In this document: positions 23,846 to 32,000 of the stretch, piece after piece
How the letters are laid out: the number at the start of each line of letters is the position of its first letter
Position numbering within the stretch: position 1 is the stretch's first letter
Assembly: GCF_008000775.2 (NCBI RefSeq)
Contig: NZ_CP042905.2
Location: 3,210,001 to 3,242,000, forward strand
Origin: Promethearchaeum syntrophicum
GTDB lineage: Archaea; Asgardarchaeota; Lokiarchaeia; Sigyniarchaeales; Promethearchaeaceae
Direction: 5' to 3'
Length of the DNA: 32,000 bases
The notes under the pieces: model-generated
Databases searched by the model: none
The model's input: only the letters and a program-made list of their open reading frames with translations
Told to the model about the DNA's origin: nothing
Program-made: the position numbers and the translations under genes

Positions 23846-24703
23846 ATGAATAAAATTTTAGAAGGAAAAACTGCTTTAATAACAGGATCTAGCCAAGGGA
23901 TAGGAAAGGCTTTGGCAATAGGTTTTGCAAAAATGGGTGCAAATATAATAATTACTGGCCGAAATCAAGAAAATATGGAAAAGACACTCCAACAAGTGGA
24001 AGAACAAGGAGGAAAAGGAATTATTGTTCCGGGAAATGTTCAAAATTATGACGAAGTCCAGAATATTATAACCATCGGAAAGGAAAAATTCACTCATATC
24101 GATATTCTGATTAATAACGCAGGTTTTTCTCGCCTGAAACCCATCCATAAGATGAGAGTGGAGCAATTTGAAGACATCCTTAAAACCAATGTGTTAGGAG
24201 TATATAATTGTTCCCATGCAATTGTTCCTCATATGATGGAAATTGGCGGGGGGACTATTGTGAACACGGGGAGTGCAATCATAAGTTCACCGGGTCCTAG
24301 ATGGAGTGCATATTCAATGTCAAAATCAGCTCTTTTAGGATTTACAGAAAGTTTAGGCATTGAATTGAAGGGAAATAGAATTAATGTTAATACGATAATG
24401 CCGGGTCCTGTTAACACTCCATTATTTCGTATGGGTATGACGGAAGATATGATTAAAGCAATAGGTCCCATGGCACCAGAAGATCTTGTTCCTTATTATG
24501 CCTTTTTTGCAACAGATCAAGGAAAAAAAGTGACCGGTTTAAATGTAGATATGAATATTTGCAAGTCAGTAATGGAAATGGGTGATAATTTGAACCAATG
24601 GTCTGAAATAAAAGAAATTGCACAAGAAAAATTAAAACCTGAATCATTTAAAGCAGCGAAAAAATATAGAAAGCTAATTAATTTCATATTGCAAAATAAT
24701 TGA
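23846..24703 (+). CDS. Classical short-chain dehydrogenase/reductase
   Basis: Classical motifs are present: GKTALITGSSQGIGKA, NNAGFS, GSAI (Ser region), YSMSKSAL (YxxxK) and MPGPVNTP. A ~40-aa C-terminal extension follows. Confidence 0.88.
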   Translation: MNKILEGKTALITGSSQGIGKALAIGFAKMGANIIITGRNQENMEKTLQQVEEQGGKGIIVPGNVQNYDEVQNIITIGKEKFTHIDILINNAGFSRLKPIHKMRVEQFEDILKTNVLGVYNCSHAIVPHMMEIGGGTIVNTGSAIISSPGPRWSAYSMSKSALLGFTESLGIELKGNRINVNTIMPGPVNTPLFRMGMTEDMIKAIGPMAPEDLVPYYAFFATDQGKKVTGLNVDMNICKSVMEMGDNLNQWSEIKEIAQEKLKPESFKAAKKYRKLINFILQNN

Positions 24704-24727
24704 TACTCAGAAAAAAATGGTGATAAA

Positions 24728-25246
24728 ATGAAAATTGGTGTGCTAAGCGACAGTCATGACCATCTCGACAACATTAAAAAAGTAATTGATATTTTTCTAC
24801 AACAAAAAGTGGAGAAGATTATCCATTGTGGAGATATTGTAGCGCCCTTTGTAGTAAGAGTAATGGGTGAGTTAGAGGGAAAAGACATTGAAGCTATTGG
24901 AGTATATGGAAATAATGATGGGGAACGTAGGGGTTTAATTAAGATTTTAGGAGAAATCATGAAAATTAAAGGGGATTTTCATGAGGTTAGATGGAATGAC
25001 AAAAAAATTGCCATTTACCATGGTACCGATAAAAGACTACTGGATAGTGTAATCCAATCCCAAAACTATGATTTAGTTTTATGTGGACATACCCATCAAG
25101 TGAGAATTGAACAGCAAGGAAAAACGGTGATTTTAAATCCCGGTGAAACTTGTGGATATCTGTTTGGAAAGGCAACTTGTGCGATTGTTGACTTAGCAAT
25201 TGAACCTTTTGACACAAAATCTATAGAAATTATTAATATACCATAG
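24728..25246 (+). CDS. Metallophosphoesterase, YfcE/MJ0936 family
   Basis: Motifs are present in family order: LSDSHD, HCGDIV, GNNDGE, HGT and CGHTHQ. GGTGAT lies 3 nt upstream of the ATG. The gene starts 24 nt after the preceding SDR, so the two are probably co-transcribed. Confidence 0.88.
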   Translation: MKIGVLSDSHDHLDNIKKVIDIFLQQKVEKIIHCGDIVAPFVVRVMGELEGKDIEAIGVYGNNDGERRGLIKILGEIMKIKGDFHEVRWNDKKIAIYHGTDKRLLDSVIQSQNYDLVLCGHTHQVRIEQQGKTVILNPGETCGYLFGKATCAIVDLAIEPFDTKSIEIINIP

Positions 25247-25249
25247 TAA

Positions 25250-25256
25250 TTTTTTT
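25250..25256 (+). terminator. Oligo-T (T7) tract after the phosphoesterase gene
   Basis: TAG TAA TTTTTTT follows the coding region directly, and more T runs lie at 25302-25308. Confidence 0.4.
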
Positions 25257-25320
25257 CTTGAGTTGTATGTTTTTCTGAACTTGAAATAATCTTTTTTCAC
25301 CTTTTTTTACCTTTTCAGAA

Positions 25321-25393
25321 ACGCAATATATTTTTTCTTATCATTGCGTGAAGTTTTTAGATTCGAATTTCTACAAAAAAGTCTAAAAACTTC
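25321..25393. repeat. Two adjacent intergenic inverted repeats (7-bp and perfect 12-bp stems)
   Basis: ACGCAAT (25321-25327) pairs with ATTGCGT (25343-25349). GAAGTTTTTAGA (25350-25361) pairs with TCTAAAAACTTC (25382-25393) around a 20-nt loop containing TTCGAA. GAAGTTTTTTA recurs at about 25406. Confidence 0.6.
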
Positions 25394-25451
25394 GATAATA
25401 TGGAAGAAGTTTTTTATTTTCATACATCGAATTTGAAATAGGTTAAGAATT

Positions 25452-26543
25452 TTGACATTAAATTGGTCGAGTAATGTAATTGTTGGTTTTGTGGGATTTA
25501 TTCCATCCTTGATGGCAACTATTTTCACATTTATTCAATATTTTAAAAATAAATACACCCATCTAAAATATTATGGAGGGATGTGGTTAATGTTATCAAT
25601 ATGGATACTATTCCAGGCAATATCAGACCTTTTTTTATCTATTCCGCTCCATTTTCTTGTGTTTTATGCTTTAATCATTTTTTCTTATTTTGTAAATCTT
25701 TCAGTTGATACGATTACGCGAGATTCCATTGATCCCTATAAAATGTTCTTTACGACGATAGCATCAAGTTTTGTTGTTATTCTCTCATTTGATTTTAATA
25801 ATTTTCCAACCTTCAACCCTGATGCAATAATTATTGACCCGGAGGCTGTGACTCCTTACCCTACTATGAATGGAAGTTTTAAGATTGCAGTAATGATTGC
25901 AGCAACTTTATTGATTTCAATAGCGCTCTACGGAAATTTCAAAGTATTAATTCATTCTCCAAAAAAACTTAAAAAATACTCACTACTCAATATTTTGGGA
26001 ACATATTTATGGGGTATTCAACCTGTTTGGATACAAGTGACCCATTTGGAAGAAGTTTATCCTGGACTCGCGACAGGTAGCATGGCTCTTGGCTTAGTAA
26101 TAATTGCTATAATCACTTTAAAAGAACCAAAATTAGCATATATACTCCCTTTTAAAGCATATAGAATTTTGATCCAAAGAACTGATAATGGTGACATTTT
26201 ATTTAAACATGATTGGAACAAACTCGAAGCTCCAGGAAGTGAAGAAATTTTTTCCAGAATGATGCAAGCGGTTAATACAATGTTTGATATGACAATTAAT
26301 AAAGGAAATGTCAAAAATATTAAGTTTGATGAAGCTGAAATTACGTTCAAAGTGAGTAAAGTAGCACCCCTTGTGTGTATTTTAATCTCCAGCGATTATT
26401 CTATTACATTAAGAAATTCGTTTGATACATTTGCGAATGAAGTTTATAAAGATTTCATTAATGATAAAAATAATTTTCTCTCAATGAATAAAAATAATAA
26501 AGGAATGATTATTTTAAAGAAAAATTTTCCATATATTCCATAA
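25452..26543 (+). CDS. 7-TM membrane protein with a C-terminal longin/Roadblock-like domain, paralog 1
   Basis: Seven hydrophobic segments are followed by a ~125-aa soluble tail. It is colinear with the next two genes. The TTG start at 25452 gives (M)TLNWS, matching MVLNWS of the paralogs. Confidence 0.7.
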   Translation: MTLNWSSNVIVGFVGFIPSLMATIFTFIQYFKNKYTHLKYYGGMWLMLSIWILFQAISDLFLSIPLHFLVFYALIIFSYFVNLSVDTITRDSIDPYKMFFTTIASSFVVILSFDFNNFPTFNPDAIIIDPEAVTPYPTMNGSFKIAVMIAATLLISIALYGNFKVLIHSPKKLKKYSLLNILGTYLWGIQPVWIQVTHLEEVYPGLATGSMALGLVIIAIITLKEPKLAYILPFKAYRILIQRTDNGDILFKHDWNKLEAPGSEEIFSRMMQAVNTMFDMTINKGNVKNIKFDEAEITFKVSKVAPLVCILISSDYSITLRNSFDTFANEVYKDFINDKNNFLSMNKNNKGMIILKKNFPYIP

Positions 26544-26699
26544 AATCCTCTTTAAAATTTTTACAATATGAGAAAGAGTGAAAAATATAGAATTTTGCGT
26601 AAAATTAATAAAAATTCCCAAAATTGGAATAATCTTAAATAATATTACAACAAATTGTACAATAATCAATCATTCAAAAATTTTAAACTTGTGAAAAAA

Positions 26700-27788
26700 A
26701 TGGTTCTAAATTGGTCAGCAGGAGTAATAATCGCGTTTATTTCATTAATTCCATCAACAGCCGCAACAGTATTAACACTCATTCAATATTCAAAGGATAA
26801 ATATACTCATTTGAAATATTTAATGGGAATGTGGGCTTGCTTAACTATTTGGATTCTTTTTCAAGCTATCGGGGATTTACTTTTAAGTATTCCCCTTCAC
26901 CTTATTTGTTTCTATTCTTTAATTGGAATGGGCTACTTTGCCAATCTATTTGTTGATTCTATTACGCGCGATTCAGTTGATCTTTTTAAAATGATCATAA
27001 TGACGATTGCATCGAGTGCGGTTTTTATTTTTTCATTTGCAGAGGATGCCGTAATCATTGATCCAGATGCTGTGACTCCATATCCAACAATGCATGGAAA
27101 CTTCCGAATTGCTTCGCTAATTCATATGGTTATTTTTATTTTGGTAGTAGTTTATGGAAATCTAAAAGTATTTCTATATACACCTAAGCATTTAAAATTT
27201 TATTCCTTTTTAAATCTCTTTGGGGCATATTTATGGGGAGTACAACCATTATGGATTCAATTCACTGATTTGGAAAAAATATTTCCGGGATTGGCAACGG
27301 GTAGTATGGCAATTGGGACTTTAATAATTGCTCTTGTTCTTATAAGGGAACCTAAATTAGCATATATTTTACCTTTCAAAGCATACAGAATTCTTATTAT
27401 GGATACAAATAGCGGGATCATTCTCTATAAACATGATTGGAATGAACTCAAAGCCAAAAGTAGTGAAAATATATTTTCAGGAATGTTACAAGCAATTAGC
27501 ACTATGTTTGATCACACCATTAACAAAGGAAATGTTCGCGAAATAAATTTTGATGAAGCAGTTTTAAGCTTAAAAATATCGAAAAAAATACCCATTGCGT
27601 GTATTTTAATTTCAAGTAATATAACTAAAACGTTAAGAACCTCTTTTGAAAATTTTGCAGATGAAGTGTTCCAAGATTATGAAAAATTAACAGAGAATGC
27701 TATAATACAAAAGAACTATGAAAAAGGGAAAAATATTATTGAAAATCATTTTCCTTTTGTCCCGCAACTTGGTCAATTAAAACAATAG
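26700..27788 (+). CDS. 7-TM membrane protein with a C-terminal longin/Roadblock-like domain, paralog 2
   Basis: The start is placed at ATG 26700 (MVLNWS) with GTGAAAAAA immediately upstream. The longest ORF starts at a TTG at 26655. The architecture matches that of paralogs 1 and 3. Confidence 0.75.
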   Translation: MVLNWSAGVIIAFISLIPSTAATVLTLIQYSKDKYTHLKYLMGMWACLTIWILFQAIGDLLLSIPLHLICFYSLIGMGYFANLFVDSITRDSVDLFKMIIMTIASSAVFIFSFAEDAVIIDPDAVTPYPTMHGNFRIASLIHMVIFILVVVYGNLKVFLYTPKHLKFYSFLNLFGAYLWGVQPLWIQFTDLEKIFPGLATGSMAIGTLIIALVLIREPKLAYILPFKAYRILIMDTNSGIILYKHDWNELKAKSSENIFSGMLQAISTMFDHTINKGNVREINFDEAVLSLKISKKIPIACILISSNITKTLRTSFENFADEVFQDYEKLTENAIIQKNYEKGKNIIENHFPFVPQLGQLKQ

Positions 27789-27794
27789 GAAGTA

Positions 27795-27813
27795 TTTTTT
27801 TTGGAATTTTTTT
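27795..27813 (+). terminator. Oligo-T terminator (T8 GGAA T7)
   Basis: It starts 7 nt after the TAG at 27786-27788 and is followed by a 250-nt spacer before paralog 3. Confidence 0.45.
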
Positions 27814-28038
27814 CTAGTATATCAGTTAATTTGTAAGAAGTTGCCTCAGATTTCTTGAAATTCTATACACTGATATCCTACTGTATTTCTTTTTTTAGTT
27901 TACAAAATTGAGTGCAAATTCATATGATTTAAACATATTAGTCTATATGTAGAATCAAAAGTGGTATAACTTTAAATTGGATTACGTTAAAGCTAATATG
28001 AAGATTGAGTTAATAAAATTCATAAGAAGATATAATAT

Positions 28039-29115
28039 ATGGTACTGAATTGGTCAATAGGCGTAATAATTACATTTATTTCCTTGATTCCCTCAAGTTT
28101 AGCTAGTGTACTTACGTTAATTCAATATTTTAAAGATAAATATTCTCATTTAAAGTATTTATCAGGGATTTGGATTTGTTTAACGATCTGGATCTTTTTT
28201 CAAGGAATTTCTGATCTATTATTGTCAATTCCACTCCATATTATTGGGTTTTACTCACTAATGGTTGTGAATTACTTTGCAAATCAATTTGTTGACTCAA
28301 TTACGAGGGAATCTACTGACATCATAAAGATGATTATCGTTTCAATTTCATCTACTGCAATATTAATTTTTTCATTATTACCGAATGCGGTTATTATTAA
28401 AGAAGACGCAGCAACTCCTTTTGTTACATTCACCGGAAATTTCCGATACGCTGCAATGGTTCAGGTTTTTTTGTTTATTTTGATTACAACTTATGGAAAT
28501 TTAAAAGTCTTTCTCCATACTCCAAAACAATTAAAATTTTATTCCTTCTTAAATCTCTTTGGGACCTATTTATACGGTATACAACCATTATGGATTCAAT
28601 TTACTCATTTAGAAGATCGCTTTCCAGGTGCAGCAAACGGAAGTATGGCGATCGGAACTTTATTGATTTCAATGGTGATTATACAACATCCAAAATTAGC
28701 ATATGTCATCCCCTTGAAAGTTTATAGAATTCTCATTATGGATACAAAAAGTGGATTAATTCTCTTTAAACATGATTGGAATGAGCTTAAAGCTAAAAGT
28801 AGTGAAAATATTCTTTCTGGAATGCTACAAGCAGTAAATACAATGTTTGATCAAACAATTAATAAGGGAAATGTTCGTGATATAAAATTCGATCAAGCAA
28901 TTTTAACCTATGAAAAATCTAGAAAAACCTCAATCGCCTGTATAATTATTTCAAACAAGATCTCGAAAACATTGAGAACATCCTTTAGTGATTTTGCAGA
29001 TGATGTATTTAAGGATTATGAAAATACTAAGGAAAATTCCTTAATAAAAAAGAATAATGAAAAATGCGAGATATTGCTTGAACAATATTTTCCATTTGTC
29101 CCAAAATTTGATTAA
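28039..29115 (+). CDS. 7-TM membrane protein with a C-terminal longin/Roadblock-like domain, paralog 3
   Basis: The ATG start gives MVLNWS. Similarity to paralogs 1 and 2 runs the full length. Confidence 0.75.
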   Translation: MVLNWSIGVIITFISLIPSSLASVLTLIQYFKDKYSHLKYLSGIWICLTIWIFFQGISDLLLSIPLHIIGFYSLMVVNYFANQFVDSITRESTDIIKMIIVSISSTAILIFSLLPNAVIIKEDAATPFVTFTGNFRYAAMVQVFLFILITTYGNLKVFLHTPKQLKFYSFLNLFGTYLYGIQPLWIQFTHLEDRFPGAANGSMAIGTLLISMVIIQHPKLAYVIPLKVYRILIMDTKSGLILFKHDWNELKAKSSENILSGMLQAVNTMFDQTINKGNVRDIKFDQAILTYEKSRKTSIACIIISNKISKTLRTSFSDFADDVFKDYENTKENSLIKKNNEKCEILLEQYFPFVPKFD

Positions 29116-29121
29116 TTAACC

Positions 29122-30294
29122 CTATAGAATTTTTTTAATTCGGGAAACAGCGTCTTTGATTCTATCAATAGGCTCTGTAAGCGCAAAACGAATATAACCT
29201 TCACCAAATTCCCCAAAACCAATACCTGGTGTTGTGACTACTCCAACATCTATAAGTTTTTTACAAAATTCCATCGAATCTGGTTCAGGAGATTTTGTCC
29301 ATACATAGAAAGTTGCTTTAGGTTTGTTGGTTTGCCATCCAATGCGGTTTAATCCTTCTACTAAAATATCACGTCGCTTTTCATATATATCCATAGTATC
29401 TTGAACTATCGGAGGTTTTTTTTCAGTTTTATATTCCTGGAAACCTTTAATTGCAGCACGTTGAATGAATCTCGGGATACCTGTATCTATTTGAGCTTTA
29501 ATTTTTTTTAATCCACCAATTATTGATTTTTCACCGAGTGCAAAACCAATTCTCCAACCTGTCATGTTAAAAATCTTTGAACATGAATTGATTTCAATAT
29601 GATTTGTTGTAAATTCTAAAATAGAAGGAGCGATATAATCATCGAAGGTAAATTCTGAATATGGATTATCATAAATTATTAGGATATTGTTCTCATCTGC
29701 AAACTCGATTGCTTCTTTTAGGAAATTTTGGGTAATTATTCCACCCGTAGGATTGTTCGGATAATTTAAAAACATCAGTTTGCTTTTTTTTATAATTTCC
29801 ATAGGAATATAACTCAAATCTGGTAAAAAATTATTTTCTTCTTTTAATGGCATCATGTAAGGAACGGCCCCATTAAGAATTGTGGCACCATTCTCATATA
29901 CGGGATAACTAGGATTAGGAATTAAAATTACTTCCCCGGGATTTACGAATGCTCTAGCGACATTTGCAAGTCCTTCTTTTGCCCCTATCAACCCAATTAT
30001 TTGAGAACTCGGCTTTAAATCTACTTTGAACCTTATTTTATACCATTCTGCGATTGCTTCCAGAAAATCTGGCTCTCCTTGCCTTGTCGGATAATTATGA
30101 TTAGTGGGCTTATTAACTTCTTCAATTAGAGCATCAACAATTAATTGTGGAGTTGGGATATCAGGATCTCCCACATCCATAGAAATCAGATCAACGCCCT
30201 CTTTTTTCTTTCTTCGCTTTATTTCTGCGATTTCGGCAAATATGTAAGGAGGGAGTTTGTTTAATCGGTCGGAATATTTTAGATTTAAGGGCAT
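29122..30294 (-). CDS. PLP-dependent aminotransferase, class I/II (AspC/DapL-like)
   Basis: Family motifs are present: LPPYIFAEI, DVGDPDIPTP, NYPNNPTG, and the PLP-lysine motif NSCSKIFNMTGWRIG. Substrate specificity cannot be called by eye. Confidence 0.85.
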   Translation of the reverse strand: MPLNLKYSDRLNKLPPYIFAEIAEIKRRKKKEGVDLISMDVGDPDIPTPQLIVDALIEEVNKPTNHNYPTRQGEPDFLEAIAEWYKIRFKVDLKPSSQIIGLIGAKEGLANVARAFVNPGEVILIPNPSYPVYENGATILNGAVPYMMPLKEENNFLPDLSYIPMEIIKKSKLMFLNYPNNPTGGIITQNFLKEAIEFADENNILIIYDNPYSEFTFDDYIAPSILEFTTNHIEINSCSKIFNMTGWRIGFALGEKSIIGGLKKIKAQIDTGIPRFIQRAAIKGFQEYKTEKKPPIVQDTMDIYEKRRDILVEGLNRIGWQTNKPKATFYVWTKSPEPDSMEFCKKLIDVGVVTTPGIGFGEFGEGYIRFALTEPIDRIKDAVSRIKKIL

Positions 30295-30360
30295 TAAATT
30301 TTCTACTCCAAATTATTGATTAAGTTATTATTATTTAATTCTCAAAATAAAAAAAAAATA

Positions 30361-31554
30361 TTAAACACAAAGAAGATCTTCTTTATTGTTTAACGCTTCA
30401 ATTAGTAAGGGAATTACTTTATGCAGATCTCCAACTATTCCGTAATTGGCTACTGTAAAAATCGGAGCATTGGGATCTGAGTTAATCGCAATAATCACTT
30501 TACTGCTTTTCATTCCCACAAGATGTTGAATTGTGCCAGAAATGCCGCACGCTATATAGATTTTCGGCGATACAGTGGTACCACTTTGCCCTACTTGGTG
30601 ATTTTTCCCAATCCACCCTAACTCTATGGGAACACGACTTGCTCCAACTGTTCCATGAAAAACATCAGCTAAGTCTTGAATCAATTTGAAATTTTCTTTA
30701 CTTCCAACACCTCTACCACCCGAAACAACAATATCCGCTTCGCATAAAGGGATCCCATCTTCACATACAGCGCTGAGAACTTCTTTAACCCACACACGTA
30801 AGCCTTTTTCATCTATTTTTACCAGTACTTCAATTATCTCGGCATTCTCACTATGATCTTCACATAAATTCTTCATTACATTCGGTCGAACAGTTGCCAT
30901 TTGAGGCCGGGTTTCAAAATCTACTATATCTGCCATAATATTTCCTCCGAATGCTGGACGGGTCTGCAGTAATTTATTTTCATAAATAGAAAGCCCAGTA
31001 CAATCTGCTGTTAGACCCAATTTTAAAATAGAAGCTACTCTTGGAGCTAGATCCCTTCCTTTAATTGTTGCGGGAAATAATACTATGTTTGGATTATAAT
31101 TTGAAATAAGTCCAATAACTATGTTCGCATATGTATCGGTGTAATATTGAAGTAGATTTTCATCTTCTGCTATAAATATTTTATCAGCACCATGAATGGC
31201 TAAATCTTTGGCGAATTTTTTAACATCACTACCAATTAAAACAAGCCCAACTTTCTGTTTTAATTCGAAAGCAAGATCTTTCGCCTTGCCAAGCAATTCA
31301 TAGGTGACAGTTCGAATTTTACCGTCCTTTACTTCAGCTACAACCCAGACATCTTGAAATTTAGACAAATCCACATTTTTTGCTTTTCTGCGCTCTAAAT
31401 CGATGGCATTGAAATTACAAACTTGAACACAAGCACCACATAAAGTACATGCTTCATTAATAACCGCTTTTTTATCTATGAGTGTTATTGCACCAAAAGG
31501 ACACGCTTTAACACACAAACCGCACCCAGTACAATTATCATTGACATTTATCAT
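30361..31554 (-). CDS. etfA: Electron transfer flavoprotein alpha subunit with an N-terminal 2x[4Fe-4S] ferredoxin domain
   Basis: Two CxxCxxCxxxCP motifs are present (CTGCGLCVKACP and CTLCGACVQVCN). The EtfA core follows: VVSGGRGVG, GASRVPIELGW, QVGQSGTTVSPKIYIACGISGTIQHLVGM and IIAINSDPNAPIF. Confidence 0.92.
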   Translation of the reverse strand: MINVNDNCTGCGLCVKACPFGAITLIDKKAVINEACTLCGACVQVCNFNAIDLERRKAKNVDLSKFQDVWVVAEVKDGKIRTVTYELLGKAKDLAFELKQKVGLVLIGSDVKKFAKDLAIHGADKIFIAEDENLLQYYTDTYANIVIGLISNYNPNIVLFPATIKGRDLAPRVASILKLGLTADCTGLSIYENKLLQTRPAFGGNIMADIVDFETRPQMATVRPNVMKNLCEDHSENAEIIEVLVKIDEKGLRVWVKEVLSAVCEDGIPLCEADIVVSGGRGVGSKENFKLIQDLADVFHGTVGASRVPIELGWIGKNHQVGQSGTTVSPKIYIACGISGTIQHLVGMKSSKVIIAINSDPNAPIFTVANYGIVGDLHKVIPLLIEALNNKEDLLCV

Positions 31555-31555
31555 T

Positions 31556-32000
31556 CTATATCACCAAGTCCTCCGATAATTTGTCAAATAAGTTTTTCAC
31601 TGCAATTTCTGGCTCATCCGCATATATTACACCCTTTTCATTGATAGGAGGAGGATATACTTTGATTACTTGTGTAAGGGACCCTTCAAGTCCGAAATTT
31701 TCTTTGTCAACATCAAAATCGGCTACGGTCCAAGTTTCTAAAGGTTTCTTTTTAGCCATTAAAATAGCGCGCATAGCGGGATTAGAAGGTTCAAATGATG
31801 AAGGTGTAATTCCCGCAATTAAAACGGGCAATTTTGCTTCCACAATGTTATAACCATCATCTGTAACTGTTTTTGCTTCTAATCGTTTTCCTTCAATTTT
31901 TAGAACCTCTTCAACATAGGTTATTTGAGGTATACCAAGCTGTCCCGCAATTTCAGGACCAACTTGAGCAGTATCTCCATCAATCGCTTGAAGTCCTGCA
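31556..32000 (-). CDS. etfB: Electron transfer flavoprotein beta subunit (partial; N terminus lies outside the window)
   Basis: The frame stays open to the window edge. My translation of 31844-31999 gives AGLQAIDGDTAQVGPEIAGQLGIPQITYVEEV..., the canonical EtfB motif. The M of the track ORF at 31843 is an internal GTG. The stop abuts the etfA start. Confidence 0.9.
   Translation of the reverse strand, partial: AGLQAIDGDTAQVGPEIAGQLGIPQITYVEEVLKIEGKRLEAKTVTDDGYNIVEAKLPVLIAGITPSSFEPSNPAMRAILMAKKKPLETWTVADFDVDKENFGLEGSLTQVIKVYPPPINEKGVIYADEPEIAVKNLFDKLSEDLVI

Noticed and set aside
25307-25528. 73-aa ORF on the - strand spanning the spacer and the start of 7-TM paralog 1
   Set aside because: It covers the inverted-repeat spacer and overlaps a gene supported by two paralogs. 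No independent support exists.
25452-29115. 7-TM paralogs considered as microbial rhodopsins
   Set aside because: There is no lysine within the seventh helix for a retinal Schiff base; the only Lys follows the helix. No rhodopsin-like motifs are recognisable.

Overview
Visibly AT-rich, coding-dense archaeal chromosomal window with about 34 protein genes. I could not support any rRNA, tRNA, CRISPR array, transposase or integrase. The archaeal assignment rests on a Kae1-Bud32 fusion, ribosomal proteins eS24 and eS31 (S27ae), a DUF359-type dephospho-CoA kinase, RNA polymerase subunit Rpo7 (E') and Spt4. The lineage cannot be fixed from sequence alone, though some features are compatible with an Asgard-like genome. 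Layout: (i) 34-3161 (-) holds DUF359, rps24e, rps27ae and kae1-bud32. (ii) 3215-8838 is an accessory insert with a small ORF, a 7-repeat SBBP beta-propeller surface protein, a duplicated-wHTH protein and two tandem esterase paralogs. (iii) 9031-9824 (+) holds rpo7 and spt4. (iv) 9834-17302 is a mixed set: a TM/zinc-ribbon protein, an acyl-ACP-thioesterase-family protein, DUF1846, an APH/choline-kinase-like kinase, a surface protein, and an RHH regulator divergent from a flavin-reductase-like gene. (v) 17546-24703 is an SDR-rich block. A two-gene module (degenerate SDR plus FabG-like SDR) occurs twice in inverted orientation around a small ORF and a polytopic glycerophosphodiesterase. A Pro-repeat/zinc-ribbon membrane protein and a fifth SDR follow. 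(vi) 24728-25246 is an MJ0936-type phosphoesterase. (vii) 25452-29115 holds three tandem paralogs of a 7-TM protein fused to a longin/Roadblock-like cytoplasmic domain; this is the most novel-looking element. (viii) 29122-32000 (-) holds an aminotransferase and ferredoxin-fused EtfA/EtfB, with EtfB running off the window. Shine-Dalgarno-like GGTGA(T)/GAGG boxes and oligo-T tracts support several start and stop assignments. All family calls come from motif recognition by eye; no database search was run.
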